DNA of 52,600 nucleotides from an uncultured Deinococcaceae bacterium (GTDB lineage Bacteria; Deinococcota; Deinococci; Deinococcales; Deinococcaceae): NCBI GenBank assembly GCA_964252075.1, contig CAXULY010000039.1, positions 1 to 52,600 of the forward strand, read 5' to 3'. Shown piece by piece: positions 20,042 to 28,976 of this stretch (position 1 is its first letter; each line of letters starts with the position of its first letter). The notes under the pieces were generated by a model. It saw only the letters and a program-made list of their open reading frames with translations, ran no database searches and was not told where the DNA came from. The position numbers and the translations under genes were made by a program.

Positions 20042-23000
20042 GTGGCTGAAGGCGGCCTCGCGCTGGCCGTCCTGGGGACGCCGCAGTTGCGGCGGGGCGG
20101 GGCGGTGCTGACGGTGCCCACCCGGAAAGGCCTGTGGCTGCTCGCGTACCTGGCGGTGGAGGGACCGCAGCCGCGCAGCGTGCTGGCCGAGCTGCTCTGG
20201 AGTGACGTGGGCGAGGAGCAGGCGCGGGGCAACCTGCGCGCCGAGCTGTACCGGTTGCGGCGGGCGGACGTCGGTCACTGCATTCGGGGTGACAAGCATC
20301 AGCTTTCGGTGAGCGTGGAGAGCGACTGGGCGCAGTACCGGGCGCTGCTGGCCGCCGAGCGGGTGGCGGAGGCGGAACGCTGCTGGCGCGGTGAGTTCCT
20401 GAGTGGCGCGGTGGGCGGCGCCACCTTCGAGGATTGGTTGCGGGTGCGCCGCGAGGAGCTGTCCGGGCTGCGCGCGGCGGCGCTGGCGAGCGCCGCGCGG
20501 GGGCTGGAGGCGCAAGGGGCCCTGCGGCCCGCCCTGGACACCTGGTTGGGCCTGCTCGCGCAGGACGAGCTCGTCGAGGAGTGGCACCGGGAGGCGATGC
20601 GGCTGCATGGCCTGCTGGGGGAACGTGAGGCGGCGCTGGCCCGGTTCTCCCGCTGTCAGGACCTGCTCGCGCGTGAACTGGGCCTCGCGCCGCTGCCCGC
20701 GACCGTGCAGCTCGCCGAGCGGCTGCGCGCGGGGGCGCTGGGTGTCGCCGTTTCCGGTCTCACCCGGCCCGGCTGGCCTGCGGAGCGTCCCCGCCTGGAG
20801 CAGCTTCCGCTGACGGGGCGGGGCGAGGTGCTGAAGCGGCTGCTTCAGGCGCCCGGCCTCGCGGTGCTGACGGGAGAGCCGGGCATCGGCAAGACGCGGC
20901 TGGTGGACGCGCTCGTGTCCGGCGGGCGCTCGGTGGCGTTTCGCGGCTCGGAGAGGCGGCTGGGGACGCCCCTGGCGCCCGTGGTGGAGCCGCTGCGCCG
21001 CGCACTGGAGGGTGGGTGGCTGCGGGCGTTGGCCGCACCGCACCGCGCGGAAGTGGGCCGCCTGCTGCCTGAGCTGGGCGGCGCTCGGTTGGAGGCGGAC
21101 CTGTCGCCCGCTGGACGCGTCCGCTTTCTGGAGGCGCTCGCGGCGGCGACAGTGCTGGCCCTGGGGCCGGACGGCGTGCTCGTGCTGGAAGACCTGCAGT
21201 GGTTCGATGAGACCAGCCTGGAGCTGTGCGCGCTGATCCTGGCGCGGGCGGGACGGCCGCCTGGATGGGGGGGCCGGTGCCTCATCACCGCGCGACCAGC
21301 GGAACTGGCGGACGCTCCGGGTCCGGCCGGCGCCCTCCGGGACTGGGAAGGCCTGTACCCGACGGTGCGTGAGGCGCTCGCCCCGCTGGCTGAGGCGGAA
21401 CTGCTGGAGCTTGTACGCCAGTTGGCGCGCACCGCCGAGGGGCAGCTGTTCGCCCGCCGCCTGCACGGCGTGACCGGCGGCAATCCGTTGTTCGTGACCG
21501 AGACGCTGCGCGGCCTGCTGGAGTCCGGCGAGATCGAGGTGACCGGCGAAGGCTGGTTGACCCGCTACGACGGCGTGACGCAAGGCTACAGCGAGTTGCC
21601 GATGCCCCGCACCGTGCGCTCAGCCGTCCTGGTCCGTGCGGACCGACTGGGCGCGGAGGCGCGGCGGGTGCTCGACGCCGCCAGCCTCGCGGGCGAGGTA
21701 TTCACCCTTCGGGAGCTCGCCGGGGCGACCGCCCTGGACGAATGGACCAGCCTGGCCGCCCTGGAGCGGGCGGGGCGCGCCGGGCTGCTCGTCGAGGACG
21801 GCGGCGGGTACCGCTTCAGCCACGACCTGGTGCGCCGCACCCTCGTGGATGCCCTCGGTCCGTCCCGCGCCAGCCTGCTGCACCGTCGGTTGGCCGAGAG
21901 CCTGATCGCCACGGGCGGAGACCCAGCGGCGATCGCGCGGCACCTGGCGGCCGATCCACCCGCCGCTGCGCCCTGGTGGCACCGGGCCGCCCAGGAAGCG
22001 TGCGGACGCTACGCCGCCCGTCAGGCCATGCTGCACCTCGGCCGCGCCCTGGACGCCCTCCCGCAGGGCGACGCGCGCCGCCTGCACTGGCTGCTGGAGC
22101 GCGCGTCGCTGGCCCACGGGGTGGGCGACACCGCCGTGCAGGACGCCGACCTGCGTGAAGCCCAAACCCTGGCCTTCAGCGGCCCGGACCGGGGTCGGGT
22201 GGCGCTGGAGCGCGCGCGCTTCCTCTCGATCGCCGGGCGGCCCGTTGAGGCGCTGCGCGTCGCTCGGGAGGCGGCGGCCCTGCTTCAGGGCGGAGGGGCC
22301 CAGGAGCGGTACGAGGCGGACCAGTGCCTCGCCGAGATGGCGTATTACCAGGAGCACTTCGCGCTGGCCCTGGCGACGAGCGAACGGGCGGCGCAGCAGG
22401 CCCGCGCGCTGGGTCCGCAGGCCCTGATGGTGGCGCTGAACTGGCTGGGCATCGTCCGCGACACCGCACTGGACCCCGAGGGCGCGCTGGCGGCCTACGG
22501 CGAGGGCCTGGGTCTTCAGCGTCAGGTGGGCGACAGCTACCTGGCTGCGCGGCTGCACAACAACCGGGCGACGGTGTACGGCCTGTACGGGCGTTTCGAC
22601 CTGGCGCTGCAGGATCTGGACGCGGCGCTGACGTTGATCCGCGGCGGCGGTTACCGCCACCTGGAAGGCTTCGTGCTCGATACCCGCGTCCGGGTGCTGC
22701 GCGGACTGGGTCAGCTGGCCGAGGCGCGCCGAGACCTGGACGCGGCCCTCGTGATCGGTCGTGAGATGGGCAGTCACCGCCTCGTCAGCCACTGCCTGCA
22801 CCACCGCGTGTTGCTGCTGAACGACGCCCGCGCGCACCGGGAGGCGCTGGACGCGGCCACCGAGGCGCTGGAGGCGGCGGGCGCCACCGCCTCCCTCACC
22901 GACCGGGTGCTCACCTTGTCCGGGCGCAGTCAGGCGCGGCTCGCGCTGGGCGACCCGGTCGCGGCCCTGCGGGACGCCGCCGAGGCCGCACGGCTGTTCG

Positions 23001-23215
23001 CGGACACCGGAGCGGTGCGCGAGGCGCTGCCGTTCACCATTTGGCTGGCGCACATCGACGCGCTGCGCGCCAACGGCCTGGCGTCAGCCGCCGCCCCTCT
23101 GCTGGAAGTGGCGCGGGCGGAACTGCACCGCCTCGCGGCGTCCCTCACCGACCCCGCGACCAGGGCGGCCTTCCTGGCTTTGCCCGAGTGCGCGGCGCTG
23201 CTGGCCCTGCGGTGA
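20042..23215 (+). CDS. SARP/BTAD + AAA ATPase + TPR transcriptional regulator
   Basis: LAVLGTPQL...LLAYLAVEG...LAELLW, EEWHREAMRL (BTAD), GEPGIGKT, LVLEDLQWFD, TGGNPLF and TPR-like repeats. The start is approximate (GTG run at 20036-20042). Confidence 0.88.
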   Translation: MAEGGLALAVLGTPQLRRGGAVLTVPTRKGLWLLAYLAVEGPQPRSVLAELLWSDVGEEQARGNLRAELYRLRRADVGHCIRGDKHQLSVSVESDWAQYRALLAAERVAEAERCWRGEFLSGAVGGATFEDWLRVRREELSGLRAAALASAARGLEAQGALRPALDTWLGLLAQDELVEEWHREAMRLHGLLGEREAALARFSRCQDLLARELGLAPLPATVQLAERLRAGALGVAVSGLTRPGWPAERPRLEQLPLTGRGEVLKRLLQAPGLAVLTGEPGIGKTRLVDALVSGGRSVAFRGSERRLGTPLAPVVEPLRRALEGGWLRALAAPHRAEVGRLLPELGGARLEADLSPAGRVRFLEALAAATVLALGPDGVLVLEDLQWFDETSLELCALILARAGRPPGWGGRCLITARPAELADAPGPAGALRDWEGLYPTVREALAPLAEAELLELVRQLARTAEGQLFARRLHGVTGGNPLFVTETLRGLLESGEIEVTGEGWLTRYDGVTQGYSELPMPRTVRSAVLVRADRLGAEARRVLDAASLAGEVFTLRELAGATALDEWTSLAALERAGRAGLLVEDGGGYRFSHDLVRRTLVDALGPSRASLLHRRLAESLIATGGDPAAIARHLAADPPAAAPWWHRAAQEACGRYAARQAMLHLGRALDALPQGDARRLHWLLERASLAHGVGDTAVQDADLREAQTLAFSGPDRGRVALERARFLSIAGRPVEALRVAREAAALLQGGGAQERYEADQCLAEMAYYQEHFALALATSERAAQQARALGPQALMVALNWLGIVRDTALDPEGALAAYGEGLGLQRQVGDSYLAARLHNNRATVYGLYGRFDLALQDLDAALTLIRGGGYRHLEGFVLDTRVRVLRGLGQLAEARRDLDAALVIGREMGSHRLVSHCLHHRVLLLNDARAHREALDAATEALEAAGATASLTDRVLTLSGRSQARLALGDPVAALRDAAEAARLFADTGAVREALPFTIWLAHIDALRANGLASAAAPLLEVARAELHRLAASLTDPATRAAFLALPECAALLALR

Positions 23216-23393
23216 GGGAAGCGGGAACCGGCCGCCCGGAAGCCCCGACGGAACGGAGGGGTCACCTGGAGGGCACGGTGCCGGCCGGGCGAGCGGTCCA
23301 GGTGAGGCGCGCCGGGCAGCGGTCGATCGCTCGGCTCGGGGAGGACGTGACCTGGCACCACCCACGCCGGGCCTGCACGGGTGCCGTCCAGGC

Positions 23394-23954
23394 TCAGCGC
23401 GGAGGGTCGCCCAGGGCCGCCAGTGCGGCGAGGCCGGTGGCCTTGAGGCAGGCGTCCACTGCGGTGCGGTCACGGGCGGGGCGCTGGATGATCTGAACCA
23501 CGAAGCGGCCCCGCACCCAGACGCGCGTCTGGGCGAGGTCGCCGCGCGCCTCGTAGACGCTGTATCCCAGCGCCCCAGGCACTGGCCGGACCAGCGCCGC
23601 ACCTGGCAGGTCCGCGTACTGACCGAATTCGAAGGCCGCGCCGAGCACCGTGTTCATCGCGCGGCCCGCGAAATCGTCCAGCAGCACCCGCGCGCTGCCG
23701 TAGGTGGCCTCGGCGTGGCCGGGCGCCAGTTTGGGCGGGGAAGCGGCGGCGCCCGCGCAGCGCTTCGGGAGCAGGGCGGCCAGCCGCGCGGCGGCGACGG
23801 GCGGTGTGCTCACGCCCACCCGAACAGCTTGAGCGGCGATCTCCTGGATGGCCGCATCGGCCACGGACTTGGCCTGCGCCGCGGCCATCAGGGCCAGGAC
23901 GGTGGGCAGCAGCACGGCCAGCGGTCGGTGCATGGTGGGGCGGTGGGGGTGCAT
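23394..23954 (-). CDS. Exported hypothetical protein
   Basis: AGGAGG RBS and a signal-peptide-like segment LAVLLPTVLALMAAAQA. Confidence 0.7.
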   Translation of the reverse strand: MHPHRPTMHRPLAVLLPTVLALMAAAQAKSVADAAIQEIAAQAVRVGVSTPPVAAARLAALLPKRCAGAAASPPKLAPGHAEATYGSARVLLDDFAGRAMNTVLGAAFEFGQYADLPGAALVRPVPGALGYSVYEARGDLAQTRVWVRGRFVVQIIQRPARDRTAVDACLKATGLAALAALGDPPR

Positions 23955-24036
23955 CGGTGCCTCCTGGGGCTTGGTGCGAACGGGCGGGGGGTGGTCGCGG
24001 GGAGCCGCTGCGCGGCCCGGGTGGGGCGCGCGCCGT

Positions 24037-24234
24037 TCAGCGCAGGCCGAAGGGCATCCAGTGACGCCGGAGAAACGCCAGCACGTCCTCGGGCCGGTCG
24101 AACTGCCGCGCGGCCTCACCCGCCGGGCCGGTCAGGATGGCCCGCCAGGGCACGCCGGACCGGCCCCCCGTGATTCGCAGCCGGAGTTCAACGTCCTGTG
24201 CCGGTTCGTCCCCGTGTGTGCCGGTGTCGCTCAT
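24037..24234 (-). CDS. Small hypothetical protein (65 aa)
   Basis: GAGGAGG RBS and the motif WRAILTGPAGEAARQFDRPEDVLAFL. It is the first gene behind a TCACG-repeat promoter. Confidence 0.65.
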   Translation of the reverse strand: MSDTGTHGDEPAQDVELRLRITGGRSGVPWRAILTGPAGEAARQFDRPEDVLAFLRRHWMPFGLR

Positions 24235-24253
24235 CGCCGCCTCCTCTCGCCAC

Positions 24254-24285
24254 ACGGTAAGGCGGCCAGCGTGACGGCAGCGTGA
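24254..24285 (-). promoter_or_regulatory. Putative SARP-type direct-repeat operator + -10
   Basis: TCACG-ctgccg-TCACG-N10-TACCGT (11-bp period). Confidence 0.65.
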
Positions 24286-24368
24286 TACGGCGGGCGCCCC
24301 GCCGGGCCGAGCGGGCCGCCTGCCACGTTGCTTCGCCGCCCTGGGTTCTTCTTCGTGGGCGGGCGGTG

Positions 24369-24400
24369 TGACGCTGAAATCACGGGTGGGGCGATACGGT
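24369..24400 (+). promoter_or_regulatory. Putative SARP-type direct-repeat operator + -10
   Basis: TGACG-ctgaaa-TCACG-N10-TACGGT. Confidence 0.6.
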
Positions 24401-24599
24401 GCGTTCCGAAGGACCAGGGCGGCGCGCAGGTCCGCCGCTCACGCCCGAAGGCGACCGCACCGCGTTCACCCCACCGATCACCGGGCCGGACGGCTGCTCT
24501 TGCAGGGGTCCGACGGACGAAACCTGTCTCACCGAGGCGCGCGCTGACCCGGCCCTGATGCCGAGCGGTGTTCGCGTCAACGCCAGCAAGGAGTGTCGC

Positions 24600-25361
24600 A
24601 TGTTCAAGAGTGGTGTCGTCTCCATGACCGCAGGACTGCTGATCGTTGGTTTCGCCCTCGCTCAGGGCGCGCAACGCGCGCTCGACCTGGTGGTCGCCGG
24701 GCAGGTCTCGCCCACGCGCGCCCTGGTGATGAACGGCGAGACGTATGTGCCGCTTTCATCCCTCACGAACCTGGGCGTGCGGGCCACGCGCAGCGGAAAC
24801 ACGCTCACGCTGGCGGGCGGGACGTCCGGGAGCAGCGTGACCAGCGCCTTCGCCACCGGAGACGAAGGCTGGACCGTCGTGGGTGACGCCCAGGGCGGTG
24901 GGGTCCGCCCGAGCTTCATGCCGCGGGGGGGACAGGCCGGCGGGTACATCTCGGCCAGGGACGATGTGGCGGGCGGCACGTGGTACTGGCGCGCGCCCGC
25001 GCCCTACCGGGGCAACCAGTCCGCGCTGTACGGCGGACGCCTCACGTTCTCGCTTCAGCAGTCCAGCCTGAACAGTCAGTTCGAGGATCCGGATGTGATC
25101 CTGCAGGGTGGCGGCACCACCCTGGTGCTGGCCTTGCCCCGGCACCCTGGGCTGTCGTGGACGGCGTATCGGGTGCAGCTCGACGAGCAGGGCGGCTGGC
25201 GGGTCGGGAGCCTCACGGGCCCGGCGGCCAGCGCGGCGCAGCTCCGCAGCGCCCTCGGTCGCGTCGAGGACCTGCGCATCCGCGGGGAGTACGTCGAGGG
25301 TGCAGACACGGGCGGGTTGGACACGGTCGCGCTCAGCGCCAACGCCTGCCCCCTGCCGTGA
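24600..25361 (+). CDS. Exported protein with a laminin B (domain IV)-like domain
   Basis: AAGGAG RBS and signal peptide. N-terminal ETYVPLSSL stalk-like module, then WYWRAPAPYRGNQSALYGGRLTFSL...DVILQG...LRIRGEY. Confidence 0.75.
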   Translation: MFKSGVVSMTAGLLIVGFALAQGAQRALDLVVAGQVSPTRALVMNGETYVPLSSLTNLGVRATRSGNTLTLAGGTSGSSVTSAFATGDEGWTVVGDAQGGGVRPSFMPRGGQAGGYISARDDVAGGTWYWRAPAPYRGNQSALYGGRLTFSLQQSSLNSQFEDPDVILQGGGTTLVLALPRHPGLSWTAYRVQLDEQGGWRVGSLTGPAASAAQLRSALGRVEDLRIRGEYVEGADTGGLDTVALSANACPLP

Positions 25362-26419
25362 GCGGCCGACCTGCGCGCCGCGCGGCGCTGCTGCTGGGCC
25401 TCGCCCTGGCCGGGCAGGGTCAGGCCGACACGGGCCTGCTGCTGGGTCTGCGCGCGGACCGCGCGGCGTCGGCCCTGTACCGCACGCTGTACATCACGGA
25501 CGACGGGCGGTCCGTGCGCCTGCGGGCGCAGGACCGCAGCACGCTGCTGTTCCCCACGCCGCAGGGTGCTTTTGCTCGGGTGAGCGTCACCCGCGACGCT
25601 TCGCCGGATGGGGTGTTCTTCCGGGAGCACCTGGGGATCGGCTGGGCTGGAACGGTGGGCCACCCCCGGCCCGTGGAGCTGGGACCTGCCGCGTGCGTGC
25701 CGGTGAACACCCGCTGGGCCCTGCTGTTCGTCTCGTCCGCGCTCGCGTCGTTCGAGCTTCGCCTGTCCGCTCCGCCGTCCGCGGCGTGTGGTGCGGCCGG
25801 ATTGCCGTTCGGCAACCCGCTGGTTCACCTGCGGCTGAAGGCGATCCCAGCCGACGCGCTCTACAGCGTGTTCTCCGATGACCCCGTGCAGGTTCAGGAC
25901 GACGCCGTCACTGAACTCGCCCGCCTGTTCGGACCGCAGGCCTGGCCCGCACTGCAGGCGGCGTGGCGCAAGACCTTCGCGTCGCTGCCCACCTCCGCCC
26001 GGCTGAACCTGCGGGACCTCGGGCTGGAGCGGGCCGATCCGGGCAACTGGGCCGTCGTGCGCCGGTCGGGGCGATGGGCGCTGCGGGCGCGCGTGGCGAC
26101 GCAGACCTTCGACGTGCCGGTGCCCCTCCCGGCGGCCCTGACCGGCTGGGACAGCCTGGCGCTGCCCTGGGCGGCCGTTCGCGCGCGCGTCCCGGACGCT
26201 CTGGACGCCTTCACCTCGCCGGATGGCCGCCTGCTGGGCGTGCTGACCGCGCGCACCCTCAGCGTGTACCGCCTGGGGGGCGCCGCGTTCGGGCCGCCTG
26301 CCCTCGTCCTGCCGCTGGAGGCCCCAGAATCCGCCGTCCTCATTCAGTGGGCGGGTGGCGCGCAGGTGGGTCGCTGGGGCGCGGAGCTGGACCGCTTTTC
26401 GACCCAGGAGTCCCGATGA
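25358..26419 (+). CDS. Exported hypothetical protein
   Basis: GTGA overlap with the previous stop, signal peptide RRAALLLGLALAGQGQA, and a C-terminal DAFTSPDG...IQWA segment. Confidence 0.72.
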   Translation: MSGRPARRAALLLGLALAGQGQADTGLLLGLRADRAASALYRTLYITDDGRSVRLRAQDRSTLLFPTPQGAFARVSVTRDASPDGVFFREHLGIGWAGTVGHPRPVELGPAACVPVNTRWALLFVSSALASFELRLSAPPSAACGAAGLPFGNPLVHLRLKAIPADALYSVFSDDPVQVQDDAVTELARLFGPQAWPALQAAWRKTFASLPTSARLNLRDLGLERADPGNWAVVRRSGRWALRARVATQTFDVPVPLPAALTGWDSLALPWAAVRARVPDALDAFTSPDGRLLGVLTARTLSVYRLGGAAFGPPALVLPLEAPESAVLIQWAGGAQVGRWGAELDRFSTQESR

Positions 26420-28029
26420 CCAGATTCAAGTGTGTTCCCACGTCCGCACCCGCCGTCCTGCTGGGGCTGATCCTCAGCGCCTGTTCCGGCGAGCGCCCCA
26501 GTGTGCCCTCCCCCACCGCTCAAGCCCCCACGGTCTCGGGCGTGACCGTGGACGGCGGCGGCACCCAGGTGCGTCAGGGGCGCGACGATCTGCGCGTGAC
26601 CGTGGTGGGCGCCCACTTCGGTGAGCGCCCCACCGCTTTCCTGGGGTCGATCTCCGTCACCGTCGAGGCGGGCAGCGACGACCGCACCCTGCACCTGCGC
26701 GCGCGCCTTCCGCACGGGCAGGACCGCGGGCCGCTGGCCCTGAAGGTCAGGACGCCCGGCGGCAGCACCGTGCGCGACGGCGCGCTGGACGTGACGGCCA
26801 TCACCTCCGGCCCGGACGGCAGCGACCTGAGTGGGGACGGCACGCCCACCCGACCCTTCCGGTCCCTGCGGGCGGCCCTGCAGGTCTCGGCCGAAGGCGA
26901 CTTCGTGACGCTGCTGGCTGGACGTTATGACGCCGAGCACGGTGAGTCGTGGGTGGAGGGACCGGAGTTCGGCGAGCGAATTCCCAACGGCGTGAACGTG
27001 ACCGGGGAGGCGGGCGTCACCTTGAGCGGACCGGGAGGCGGGGATGGGAGCGCGCTGGACTTTGAGGGCGCGGGAAGCCTCGCGGACGTGAGCATGCAGA
27101 ACTTCGGCACGTGCGTTGGCGCCTTCTCGGCCACAGCGGTGCAGGTCCACCTCGACGGCCTCGACCTGGAGCACTGCGTGGTGAGCGGCGTGAGCACGAA
27201 TGGAGCGGCCCAGGTGACGTTGTCTGGCGGCAGGATCCACGGCGGCGACGTGGGGATCCGCGCGCAGGGGCAGGCCAGCCTCACGCTGGAAGGGACGCAC
27301 ATCGATCACAACGAACTGGGGCTGTTGCTGGGTGATCAGGCCCGCGCCGCGCTCTCCCTGACCGAGATTGATCACCACGATGGTGCCGCGTTGGGGGGGG
27401 TGGGCGTGATCATCTCTGGTTCCGCCACCCTGACGGCCGACAAGAGCACCATTCACGACAACCGCGCCAGGGGCGTGCTCCTGCGAGGGGCGGGGCAGGC
27501 CAAGCTCGACAAATCGCTGATCTCGGGAAACGGCGTGACCTGGGAGGAGAGCGCGGGGATCTACCTGGAGGACAGCTCATCGCTGGTCCTCAAGTCGAGT
27601 GAGGTGAGCGGCAACGGCCTGGCGGGCATCAGCGTGGGGGGAACGGCCAACACCGTGACGCTCAGCAACAACCTGATTCAGGCCAACCGCAATGGCGTCC
27701 TCTTCGCGCCTGCGGGCGGCGCGCTCAAGATGCGTGACAACACCGTGAAGGACAACGCGGACGCCGGGATTTACATAGGCGGCGCTGCGTCCGTCCTTGA
27801 CCTGGGTGACGCCGCCGAATCTGGACGCAACGTGGTCAGCGGCAACGGCGGCTGCGCGCTGGAGGACCAGCGCCCCCCACGCGCCCTGGCCGATGGACCG
27901 GTGGTGACGCTGAACGGAACCTCGCTCAACGGCACCACGTATCAAACCCCATTCCTCGCCATGGGGCCCTTCAACACGTCGGGCGTGCTGTGCATCACCG
28001 GTACGAACAACCGGGTGGGCATTGAGTGA
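26416..28029 (+). CDS. Lipoprotein with Ig-like, DUF1565-like and right-handed beta-helix domains
   Basis: Lipobox LSAC, then GSDLSGDGTPTRPFRSLRAAL and repeated I(S/H)xNxxxG(I/V) beta-helix rungs. ATGA overlap with the previous gene. Confidence 0.85.
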   Translation: MTRFKCVPTSAPAVLLGLILSACSGERPSVPSPTAQAPTVSGVTVDGGGTQVRQGRDDLRVTVVGAHFGERPTAFLGSISVTVEAGSDDRTLHLRARLPHGQDRGPLALKVRTPGGSTVRDGALDVTAITSGPDGSDLSGDGTPTRPFRSLRAALQVSAEGDFVTLLAGRYDAEHGESWVEGPEFGERIPNGVNVTGEAGVTLSGPGGGDGSALDFEGAGSLADVSMQNFGTCVGAFSATAVQVHLDGLDLEHCVVSGVSTNGAAQVTLSGGRIHGGDVGIRAQGQASLTLEGTHIDHNELGLLLGDQARAALSLTEIDHHDGAALGGVGVIISGSATLTADKSTIHDNRARGVLLRGAGQAKLDKSLISGNGVTWEESAGIYLEDSSSLVLKSSEVSGNGLAGISVGGTANTVTLSNNLIQANRNGVLFAPAGGALKMRDNTVKDNADAGIYIGGAASVLDLGDAAESGRNVVSGNGGCALEDQRPPRALADGPVVTLNGTSLNGTTYQTPFLAMGPFNTSGVLCITGTNNRVGIE

Positions 28030-28445
28030 GCGTCCAGCGGGAACGGACGGAAGATCAGCTGGCCTGCCGTCGGAAGACAGCGGAGGGACACCGCAGGGTT
28101 CGAGCAGGAGGTCGTGCGCCTGGCCGAACGGACCGAGGTCACGTCGAGCAGCGAGGAACGCGACCTCGGGATGGGTGAATTGCTGCCCCGCAAGTGGGTC
28201 CGTGACACCGCACCAGGGGCGCGGCGGCCTTCCTGGATCGGGCCAGCAGCGCCCGACGCCCCGACAAGAGAAGATCGCGCGGCGCAAGAGAAGGAATAAA
28301 CTCCCGCGCCAGGAGAAAGAAATCCTCAAAACAGCCGCCGCGCTCGACGCCAACAGGGCCCGATGACGTTCGTGTTCATCCACGCCGAACGCCACAACCA
28401 TTCCACCCTTGAGCTGGTGCCGTGCGCTCGGCGTGTCAACGGCTG
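28027..28445 (+). mobile_element. Degenerate IS3-family remnant (orfA and start of orfB)
   Basis: Translated fragments TAGFEQEVVRLAERT...RDLGMGELLPRKWVR, RQEKEILKTAAA and FVFIHAERHNH...CRALGVS, interrupted by frameshifts. Confidence 0.75.
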
Positions 28446-28544
28446 AGTCGAGGTCTGGCTCCTGAAGCGGCAGGAGGTCGTCGCGGAGGATGTTGGAGTT
28501 GACGGGGTTCGGGGAGGCGCGGGCGTCGGGGGACCCGATGAGGG

Positions 28545-28636
28545 TGGATGGCGATGATGACGGTCTCGCCACGCTTGGGGACTTCGACGGGTCGGCTCAG
28601 TGGGCGCCTGGCCTCGTGCATGTTCACGGTCGTTAT
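28545..28636 (-). pseudogene. Degenerate Phd/YefM antitoxin fragment
   Basis: AGGAGG, then ATA-ACG-ACC-GTG-AAC-ATG-CAC-GAG. The translation TTVNMHEARRPLSRPVEVPKRGETVIIA resembles the Phd N-terminus VNxHEAKxxLSRLV...GExVII. Confidence 0.6.
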
Positions 28637-28818
28637 GGGCCGCCTCCTGAGCGAGAACCTGAGCGCACCGCTCAGGATTGGGCTTGGAGGTCAGCCGTTC
28701 ACTCGGCCGTATCGAGCTGGCGTCGCGGTGGTCGGTACACGAAGCGCAACTCGTTTCCGGCGGTGAGGACGCGCCGCACTTCGTCCGCGAGCGGGTGCCC
28801 CTCCAGGCCCGCGCCGCT

Positions 28819-28873
28819 GAGGCGCACCCACCCGCGGCTGCGGCTGATGCAGCGCCGCGGGTGGGTGCGCCTC
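28819..28873. repeat. Perfect 19-bp inverted repeat
   Basis: GAGGCGCACCCACCCGCGG-N17-CCGCGGGTGGGTGCGCCTC. Confidence 0.85.
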
Positions 28874-28976
28874 CCTGTTTACCTTCCGCGTCACCACTGA
28901 TCCCGAAGGCAGGGTCTGGAGTATTTCAGGAAGAGGGCTGTCCGACCTCACACCGTGACAGGTCGCGGTCGCGCCC

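Noticed and set aside
19865..21583. N-terminal 573 codons of the 1190-aa ORF 18011..21583 (-)
   Set aside because: This is the antisense shadow of the + strand regulator. Recognisable protein begins only at the GTG at 19864, which has a GGAGG RBS.
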